Part shown: piece by piece, positions 1 through 10,400 of the stretch
Position numbering within the stretch: position 1 is the first letter of the stretch
How the letters are laid out: every line of letters starts with the position of its first letter
Assembly: GCA_963924565.1 (NCBI GenBank)
Contig: OZ004615.1
Location: forward strand, 17,670,001 to 17,734,000
From: Ascidiella aspersa
Taxonomy: Eukaryota
Direction: 5' to 3'
Length of the DNA: 64,000 nucleotides
Position numbers and translations under genes: made by a program
The notes under the pieces: generated by a model
Databases searched by the model: none
What the model saw: the letters and a program-made list of their open reading frames with translations, nothing else
Told to the model about the DNA's origin: nothing

Positions 1-43
1 TGCATTATTTACAGAATGGGTTGGGAGTTAAACAATAGTAAAC

Positions 44-3000
44 CAAATCTACATTGTTGAATAAAGCATCTGACCCACTGGCACCTATGCATGCTGACAC
101 TGTTGAGAAAGTTGCACAGAGCTGCATGGGCTCCGGCAGCCATGTCACACATTTCCTGTTTGTGGTTGATCTGTAATGCATGGCTTGTGGCGATGTCAAA
201 CAGTTTTTGAGAAGCTGAAATGTCCCTGAACCAGTCCAATTTTGGCGGGTGCTTCCAGCACTGTGACAACACCTGGTAAAATTGAGAAGAAAATCTGGTT
301 ATAAAATAAAAAAAAATATTATGATCACTTGAACAAGTACATCAAAGAAAATCCCTGAAAAATGTCCCATAAAAGATCATCTGTAATTATTATACTACAT
401 TCGTAAAACGTATAAGATTGACATATATGCAGTTTAATTCAGCAGGGTGCATATGCAGGTGAGCCTATTGATTAAGTAGGAATTTGATACGGCAGTTTTA
501 AACAATAAACACTTGAAACAATGTGTGTTGAAAAGTCACAAAAACCATTTAAATTTTATAGGATAATAGTCAAAAAATATCCAGGGTCACATATTAATTT
601 GAATGCTACCTCTTTTGGAAAGTCTGTGTCGAAAAACATTCATCCTTTCCTTTAACATTATTATTTTACCAAAGGAATATGTTTATTACCTTACCTGTAA
701 CAAACGATCTAAGGGCAAAGATTCCAAGTTTAGAACAATGGCGTCACAAAGAGCATCCTTTTCATGTTTTTCCTCATAAGCAAGTTTGCTCTATGAACAA
801 CACTATAAACTTTTTGCTCATTTATTAAAAATTGTGAGATTGCAATAAAGTTATATGATGAAATTAAAAAAAAAAACGATCCGAGCTGGATGAGTTTGTT
901 TTGCTAGACATTTAAGTTATTCCATGTTATATATTGTGCTGTATTGTATGCAGGTTAAAATAATCGCTTTTTATGAATTTGTGTTAAGTGTTTAAAACTG
1001 AAGTTAAAACCGTGCTCCTGTATCTCGCTACTATTTTGTTGAAGGAATAAATATATTCTAATAACTAAAGCTTTAAAACAAATCATATGACTTCAGTGCC
1101 CAACTGATCGTTATATAAAAAATTATCACAGGAGATAAAGTAAAAGAGAATAAAATCACCTTTTTGGTAACATTTAATGTAGCCCATGTTAGTTCAGCTA
1201 TGATAGATATAGCTTCTTTCTTTACAAACATTGAAAGAGAAGCACTAAGCAGGAAAATTTTTGGAACAAATGATTCTGCGGAAAAGAATAAAACATTTAA
1301 CATATAGATACTATAATTGAGTTTATAGTATACTCTATCCAGTATCCACTCAAAGACACATTTATAATGCCCACAAAGCCCATAAAAGATGTAATACACT
1401 TCATGTTTTATTACTATTTGATAATATTTAAAAGGTAAGAATACTAAAATACCACTTTAAAGCAATGGCTATATGTGTTTTTTAAGGACATATATTTAAA
1501 AAAATACCATGTTTTTGAACAGCAGTACATCAAGGGTTTATTATACTTTCGCCTTTCAATTTCTAAAAACACTTTCTAAATGGTTTATTTTCAAAATAAC
1601 TAAACTCAAACAATTTTACTCCTTTTTTTCTCGTCAAACCAATTTTCAAAAAAAGTGAAATGTTGCTTGATTCTATGAACTGTTTAGGACCTGAGAAAAA
1701 CATATTTTGCCCATTGGTATTTTGTAATAGTTAGTTAGGCCTTAGAAAATGAGTGCTGTTATCTGTCGACACTAATAAATTTTTATTATGTAAACACAAA
1801 GTGATATGCTTAATTATGGATTTAAAACGATGCATTTAACTAACTACCCACAGGATTATTTTGGTCATTAATTAGTTCATGTGGTACATTACAGCAGTTA
1901 AAAAAAATATATTTTAAATTATTTAAAAGTAAAATTTCATTTTACCATACAAGTCAAAGCAAACATCCACTGTCAGTAAACATTTCATACATATATTTAC
2001 CACAATGTTTGCAATGCTGCAATATGTGATCCATCCCAATTCTGCTTGCCATAATATGGTGGACAGATTTTAACCAGGAAAACTTTAATGTAGATGGCCA
2101 TTTATTTAAGAAAGTAATGATGTTAAGCAAAGCCTGGTAAAGTAAGCAGTGATTGTTATATACCTTAAACTAGGAATGATAACATGAATACATATTTATA
2201 AATTTTGTAAAACACTTTTACAATTGTTACACTATTTCTGAAGCTAAAGCAGTTTAAAACAAAGTTTGCCGTAACTTAAATATATATAGTGAACATTGTA
2301 CTTTCTACAAAGTTTGCATGAGTTTAAAGGTGTGATTATAATTTGATAAAAACACCAAATGTTGACTAATTGTTTTTTTTCCCTAATCTTTTTTGTAAAT
2401 CTGGTGTTTACATTGTTCAATAGAGCAAATTGCACTTTAAAAAAGGGTAGGATAACTTAGAGGAGGTAATGGATGTTGCTCTGATGAGACAATCCTGTTT
2501 TACAAATTAAACGAACAACATCTTTTTACTTTTAATAAAAATATAAAGTTCAAAGTGATTTACTTTGGTACCAGCACACATTAGATATATGTCACATGTG
2601 ACATGCTATCCACAGCATAGGTCCGGTAAGTATGCTATTTCTCATCGACATTACATATAGGTTTTGGCCCCAAAAATAGTTAATTCTTTAATCATGTGTA
2701 CAAACAGAATTGCATTCTTAGCTATTTAATTTGTCAAGAATAAACTTTCACCCTACTGGTTATTATATTGTTATGACATGTGACATGACAAGGTTTGAAA
2801 TATTATTTACAAATAATTTATGGCTGGAGTTCATCATCCGAGGTCAACTTTTTGGTTTCGGAAGGTGAAGGTTGCTATTTATTTATATTATAATAAAACT
2901 AAGTTGGTTTCATGCAAATATGCAGCAGTTTTAAGAACACTTTTCTGATATTTATAAAGGTGAAAAGGCCTTAAATCGCCAAAGCTTACCACTAAACCAG

Positions 3001-3603
3001 ATTTCCAACAGGACTTTTCCTTTTCACTCAGATTGTTCAAAACATCATCGAATGAAGATAAGATTGAGAAAAGCCGCATGCCAAATCCAAGTGTAGATTG
3101 TGGATAGTTGGTTGAATTTTCGAATAACTGACTGCATGTTGAAAATAGCGTCTTGCCACTTTCCTCGTTTAAACGTTTGACTACTAAATAAACAACATTG
3201 CGTCAGTACTTAAAAATGTCACTTTTATTTATACAATTATATCCAGAATGAATATAGATTTTATAACAATTGAAATACGTTTGCTTTCGGCAGGCTTTGA
3301 AAAACAATGATATGTTTCCACCTGCCAAACGCATTCGTCAAAGCTGCAGCTAACAGCCGGCGCACAGACATACGCTTCTCTTGCTAGACGAGACGTGCAT
3401 TTTGGTCTAAATCACTACAATGTATATCTTAAAAACGAACAAGTCTACTTACCTATTGACGGATTCCAACCTACAACCTCACGAATAGAACGTAGAATCC
3501 TATCTAAGCAAGTATCGTCATCAACAGAAATAGGCTGTTTCTCGTGCTTTGCGAAAATGTCAATTAGAATATTGTAGGGCTTGGCGAAAAACGTTTCCTC
3601 CAT
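44..3603 (-). CDS. BRAT1: BRCA1-associated ATM activator 1 (BRAT1), 5' part; gene continues beyond the left edge
   Basis: Six phase-compatible GT-AG exons on the minus strand: 3603-3453, 3180-2990, 2133-2001, 1275-1160, 790-695, 272-44. The translation MEETFFAKPYNILIDIFAKHEKQPISVDDDTCLDRIL...TLGFGMRLFSIL...WPSTLKFSWLKSV...KIFLLSASLSMFVKKEA matches, in order, recalled BRAT1 N-terminal motifs (QPVADDTCLEKLL, LSFSLRL, VRSGWIQGL, IFSLQGDSSLFV). Confidence 0.82.
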
Positions 3604-4475
3604 TGCAACGGTTATCTCCGCCGGCCACCAAGTAAATGAACTTAGTAACGTTATATGAACTAAACACTTCCCTATTCGTAAAAAGATTTTGTTTACTGAG
3701 TGTATGCTTTTAACGTGCAGCTTATACATATGTCAGCTTCGAAAAAAGTACTATCCATAGCGTTATTATCTGTTGGACCAAGGCCAGAGGTAGTAGGCTG
3801 TAGGCTCTGTCAACCTTCAAAACAAAGAAAAAGCGTAGCTCCTACATGTTGGCAATTGGACTATGGAAGTAACGAAGTGTAGCAATGGCGGCGCTACAAA
3901 CCAACATCAGAGATCCATGACCGAAAATCATGTCTCTCGTTAAATGTGTAATATGTTTGCAAAGCCGCCGAGTAAAGGCAAGAACCTAAACTAAACCGAC
4001 AAGGCATGATGTGTGTCTTTCTCCGCGCAGCGCAGGATTCATCGTCGGTCGAATATAACAAAAACACATTGGCGCGGATGCTACTGGTACTTTTAAGCCA
4101 ACTGTTGTTGGTGTCACGTATGTGATAAGGATGACTGCTGCCTACAGAGAGCCGGGCGACACTTTGGTCATGTGATCTCCTCCACGGCAGCACCCATGGC
4201 TCGCGAAAAAAGAGAAAGAGAAAGAGAAAAACAGGCCGAGTGCGAATGGAAGAGGACATTGAGTACACGACAGCAAGGCAACGGCAGACCCAGAGCGCTG
4301 TACTAACGCCGCCGGCTCCCGTTTTACAGTCAATCCACTGCGAGGACGCAGTTTAAAGACAAAGAAGAGTCGTGTTTCGTTATTTGGAACAATTTTCTTC
4401 AAGTTTCAGTGCTAAATGTCCATGTGGTGGTAATCACGGATTAACCATTGGAAATAACACGTCATCACCTCGAAA
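3604..4475. promoter_or_regulatory. Putative bidirectional promoter between divergent BRAT1 and RREB1
   Basis: Start codons at 3603 (-) and 4476 (+) point away from each other about 870 bp apart. The interval is CpG-rich compared with both flanking gene bodies. It contains GGAAGT (ETS-like, ~3865) and ATGGCGGC (YY1-like core, 3885-3892). Confidence 0.6.
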
Positions 4476-7400
4476 ATGTCTCGACGCAAGCAATCGGTTC
4501 CATGTAAAGTTGGAGGTATGTCAGTGCGTTTGTTCTAATAGTATAAATATCAATGTAGAAAGCTATAGCGTTTTAATAAAGCAACCGATATTTCTGTGTA
4601 TTCCACGGTATTTTTATGTGACAATCTTCTTTGAAAGCATTGATCCTTACAGTGGATGATTTTAAACCAAACTGTTGTAAGTAGCGCTAATATAAACGGT
4701 TTTCGTCTTGGGAAATACTCACGCCAAATCTAGTTGACAACAGTTCCCGTTAAAGCGATACTAGGTTTCAAGAAGATGCGAAAGACGCGAAGTGCTTTGT
4801 CAGCTCGGGCGCGTATAAGCCTGGTGAGGCAGCAGCAGCCAGAAGCAGCCGTCGCTTTTCAGACCGTAGTCATCTCGCGGCGCGCGCGCACACACACGCG
4901 CATGAGGTGACGGGCAGGCTCCAGCGCTGTACAAAGAGCGACCGGGCGCCCGCGTTTTACTTTATCAGCACAAGGATTGTGTGCATTTTGGATGATTCCA
5001 ATGCACGCGCTCGCCTCTCTCTGTGCCGCCGCTCGTTGACTGTTGCCTGGCGTGCTGCTTCGCCAATCGCGGATCGCCTTCCACCAAAAACCACCACACC
5101 TACATCCAGCAAGCTCTGCTAGCAGGAAGCACACGGCGGTATCGTTGTTAAAGTGTCCCTTGACTCGTTTCGCCTGACGCTTGGGGCAAGCTTTGTTTTT
5201 CATGGCCACTACGCGCTCTCTCTCTCTCTCTTTCGCGCTATAGAAAATCTGCACTGAGGATTTCTCAGGATTGATGATGGTTTTCATCCCCACAAACCAT
5301 ATGCTAACATATATTTTTACTAAATATGTTGATTTGATGTGTATTGTATTAGTGGAGGGATGTGGTGAAGCAATATATGTTATAGTAACCCAGTATTTTT
5401 TGGATAATATGAGCTTGTGAATCTTCTATGGCTGGTTTATGATTCAAAATCTGCTTTCAGGAAGTGATGAAGTTCCTTTGACATACAACCAGCCTGTTGT
5501 TTCCATTGCTCCACTGAGCAAATACAAGATTTCCCCAAGTAAGAAAATGATATATTCTTGTGTTATTCTTTTGATTTGGGTGGTTAGAAATGTTTTTGAT
5601 TTCATTTTAATCAAATACAGTAATTTAATAATTCACATTGGACAGAAATTGGCTATGTGATAACTTTAATATTATTTTTATTGCTAGAGATTTGTGTAAC
5701 CTTGTCCTTTTGTATTTACTTCTAGACACAAGTATTACAGATGCAAAGGCAGACAGCCAATCCTTGACAGAATTGAATAGTCTTATGTCTCCATCGAATG
5801 ATGATAAAGAAGGGTATGTGAAAGGTTAATATTTATCCTACAAAAGGGCTTTTAAATAACCTCAACAATGTGAAACTTCTTATTTACAGAGTGTCCACAG
5901 CTGTTAACCACACAGAACAAGAAATGGATGCTGAGGGTACACTTTCTTTTTAATAACCCAAATATGTTTGTTTTTGTCAAAACTTATAAGCTTTACTTTA
6001 TTGTTGAAGATTTGAATGACTTTGATTCCAAAGATTCGTTGGACAACAGCAGCATTTCAACTGAGATGGCGACAAAAGAGGAACTCGATGCACAACTGAG
6101 GTATGGTAATTTGATACCTCACATGAATTGAAATAAACATCCACCCACTCAATTTCTTTTAACAATGTTTGCAGATTAACATGTCTTACTACTTAGCTTA
6201 GATACATGTTTTTTATTTTGTAACACTGCTAATGCTAAGTTTTAAAACACTTGATTGCATTAGAACTACTAATATTAGAAAGTAATTCTCTTATTGTACA
6301 TATTTCATCTTGTTAAGTGTTGTTTGGTCTAACAACATACTGTGTTGTGTGAAGTTCAATTATTAACTTTCAATTTAATAAACAAAACAATTTTAGAACA
6401 TTAAGCAAACGAAGATGTATCATTTTTGTTGGTTAAGTTATATAAACAAAAATTCCTAAAATACCTGCTTTAGTACACAATACTTTCTGAAACCTTAGAC
6501 ATGTAATTTACAAAGATTAATGTTTTGTTGTTGTGATTTGTGCCTTGTTATGATAAAAGCATTATATATTGTATTTCTATATAGCCCATGAGCATACAAG
6601 GCCAAATTACCAATGACTGGTCATGTTATGTCCTTTACAGCTCTGCACTGCTTAGTTATAAGCAAACAAATTCTTCGGAGCCATCTAAAAACAAACAAAG
6701 ATTCTCAGCCAGGATAAGAGCCAAAGTACAGCTAAAAGCTCTCAGTTTATCACCACCAGGAAATGGTCCCAAACCCATGCTACTTTCAAGACCGCTACAA
6801 CAAGTAAATGGGTGCTTTTTTACACTCTTTAGTATTTGGTTATTTTTTTTGTTTTATAGCTATATAAAAAACAAGCATCTGTTTAATTTAAAAAAAAAAT
6901 AACAAGGACATAATAATTTGTTTACCTACGCAGGACCTATATTTTCAAGTTATAGGTATGGAACAACCCCCTTTTTTCACTATCACTAGAAATAAGTAAC
7001 TTGTTTAAATATGTAAAATGGGGGTGTCAATTGATGAATTTTTAGAATTGAACATCATCTCCATTAAATGGCTATTTCACATATATTTAAGGTTTATTTG
7101 CCTTTACAAATCATCAATACATTGACAAGCAAGAAAATTTACTAGTGGTATCTTTAATTTCAATCAAAATTTGAATGTCTCTTAGGATTTGGATGCAGAC
7201 AAGGTTCAAGCAGCTAAATCTGAATTGAGGCAACGAAATCTTTCATATGAAGAGGAACTCACATGCCCCATATGTTACAAGACCTTTATGTCCAAATATG
7301 GCCTACTTACACATACTGAAGTACATGCAACCCCAGAGTTAAAGTGAGATTATATGGAGATACTATATTCGGTGTGTTCTTTCCATAAACTTCCTAGAAA

Positions 7401-10400
7401 TATACTTTTTCTTTCAGCAAACTCTTTGACTGCTTACAACTTGGTTTTATGTGGGATTTTTTAAACTTTTATATGTTATATTTTTCATTTTTCTATAGTG
7501 TTCAAAATTGTTCTACATATGACTCTTTAAGGACGCTGGTTGATACTAGTTATTTTTTTCTTTGTGCATGGTATCTTATTACATAACAAAATATCAAGTA
7601 AACTGCCTGGAGCCCTTATCTGTTTTAGTAAAACACTTAAAACGCCATGGAATAAAATACTCCATGGAGCATATTCCTATCCCTTATCTAACTGTAAATA
7701 TCCCTTATCTAAGTCTGAATAAGCTTGTTGAATTATTATGCATTCTAAAAAAACTTCTTAAATGATTATTATGGTGATGTTTAAAATTAGCAGTTATTTC
7801 TGAAAAAGTTTTTTTGTTTGGTCACTGTTATAAAGTATTTTTTCATTGGCCTGAAATCAATATGAACTGTTTTTACCCTGTGTTGAGTTAGGCACTTTAT
7901 TTTTGGTTATGATAAAACAGCTTTTATGCTACCAACAAAGTAATAGAAGCATGAAGCAACATCTTTTGTTTAGTCCTAAGTTTCACTGCCTCACTCTTTT
8001 CATTAGGTGTGAATCTTAAGTTCACCTCATTATAACCAATCTCATATCTTATTTTTAGATGCACGATGTGCAATCTTGCATTCAGTCGCCGATCTGCCTT
8101 CGTGGCACATCAGATTCATTGTCATGCCGATGACTATGGCGATGATGAACTTTACCAGACCCACAACTTCACTCCTCCCAACCCCAAACAACGATCCAAT
8201 GGAGCAACTGGTTTTGGGGATTTGTCAATTATTGATTTCACCTGCTCCAAGTTTCCAGATATTGCAGGGGTAGAAGGAGATTTTTTTTTTAACTTATTCA
8301 TAGAAAAGTTGCTTGCTTATTAAAGTTTAAAAAAATTTAAATTTCTGACAACAGTGTGTAATCTTGTATTATATTCTATGAAGCTTAAACCAATTTAAAT
8401 GCAAAATTATTAAAAACAACAACAGATGTTTAGCTATAAACTCCAGTGTTTTATTTTGTGCAGTTTGCCCAAACCAATTTATTTAAAAATATATTTTATC
8501 ATTTCTTATCCTGTTTTTGCTCATGCGTATTTTTGTTGGGCTCAAATCCCTTTAATAAAACGCCCCATCATACTCCCCTCTTTGCCAAAAACGCATACAC
8601 ACACACAACACACACGCACACACTTGCCTATCGCCGAGCGTTACGATTTCCGCCCCCCCTCTAACATATCGGGCTTGCTTCGCAGAACCTGTGCGTGAAA
8701 AGCAAGCACCGCCTCTCGGACCGCGATCGCCGGCACTTCTTCATGTGCAAGAAGTGCAACGCCCTCTTTCCCACCCTGCTGGTGCTCGAGCGCCACGTCG
8801 CCAAGCACCATGCGCGAAACAGCAGCAACAGCAGTGGTATCACGCCGAAGCTCACCATTCTCGGCAAGACCTACATCATCAACAGCGATATGGCGGCCGC
8901 CGCGACTGCTGCAGTGGTCGTCGACAGCGCCGTCGATGGCGACAAGGCCTCGTCAAATAGCGCCGTTGCCGTCATCCCATCGACCGCCTTGCCGTCCCCC
9001 GCCGATACGCGCGGCTTCATGGACGCCTTGAATCTGAAGAGCTCCGCCGCTGCCGCGGTGCTCGTCGCCGCCAAAGGTACGAGAGTGGCGATGAGCCCCC
9101 TTTTTTTCAATTTCTCTCTTTCGGCTGGAACTCTATGTTCGCAGGGTTCTTGTTTATCCCTTTGAGGTACTGCTGACTTCCTTGTTGATTTTTTATTTTG
9201 TTGCAACCGTTTAATCTAAAAAGACTACGTTTTGACTCTAGTTAGGGGATTGCTATCCTAGGTCTTGTAATATACCGTGTACCGTTGCAAACTTTTTTTT
9301 TACTATAGTTTGTTATTATTAGGTCATTGTAAACTGGTAGTTGTTTAGCTCGTTACCATTAATTAAATTTTATCCTGTAGCATACATCGCTAGGATGTTG
9401 CCGACAGATTGGTCCTAATATATGGAAGAAAATGGTTGTACAAAAAATTGTATAACCATAAAAATGTTTGTTGCCAACACATGTGGCTTTTATATTGTCA
9501 ATTTTTTACATTAACTTGCTGGTAAATCTACAAACGTTTATAGTAACCTAATGGTCACGGGTTTGATGTGCTACCAATGAAAGATGGTGAACTTACATCA
9601 CTTCTCTAAGTTCTAACTTATTAAGGTTTGCGTGAGGCATTTATGATTCAGCTCTCTGTGTGTCAATTAAATTAATCGTTCTGTAATATACCTAGACTAA
9701 TGATGATCACTGTTAACTGTTTAAACGTTTAAAATAGGGGAACAGCTCTTCGGGTTTACCAATCCGGTCATTACGGATATCTACAGGCCGCTAGAGCCCT
9801 CTATAATTATACCGTATACTTAACCACTCGGGCATACAATGCGAGACTTGGTGCTATAGGTCCTTTCTGATCGAGTGACGTGTAACACATGGGTATGGAT
9901 CACGGCACTTTTCAGATAACTTTGGTTCTGGATCAGCACGTCTGCACCCTTCAGAACCGCCATATGTTATCCTAGCCTAAGCATTACAATGGAACCCCAG
10001 TTTTAACGATCCAGTAATGCTGTAAGCTAGCCTGCGAACAAGGAAACGTTTTTGGCCGCTTGTAGTTCCCTGTTTCATTTCCAAATCAATGTGATAATTC
10101 AAAGTACAGTTTTGAAATAACTGCCGTGGCGATATAATAGTTTTAGATTGTGTTTATACTTTGAGGTACGTAATAATAACAAACCAGATACCCAATACCG
10201 TAATTTCGTACTCGTCCGATATCAGTGTGCAGTATCGCTGTATATCTAAAACAACAAAGTTATTGGTATTTCACCAATGGTTAGTGATTTGATGCGGCGT
10301 TTTCCAAATTACGGGTAATTTCCGCTTATTAAAGAAAAAAAATCGAATGGGAGACGGACATTTTCCCCGAAATATCCCTCATCAAAGTATATATATCGGA

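Noticed and set aside
1334-1399. Possible extra BRAT1 exon within ORF 1073-1399
   Set aside because: Available donors give the wrong phase; exon 2133-2001 already joins exon 1275-1160 in frame.
2481-2510. CTGATGAG plus hairpin resembling a hammerhead core
   Set aside because: No GAAA after the hairpin and no helix I/III. The other CTGANGA hits I checked (e.g. ~12576, ~17680, ~59165) fail likewise.
4863-4906. Candidate cassette exon in RREB1 intron 1 (TTTTCAG...GAG|GTGACG)
   Set aside because: 44 nt, shifts the frame relative to exon 2, and is composed of CG/CA microsatellite sequence.
4859-5293. 144-aa minus-strand ORF
   Set aside because: No recognisable domain, non-ATG start, and it runs through simple repeats in a GC-rich regulatory block.
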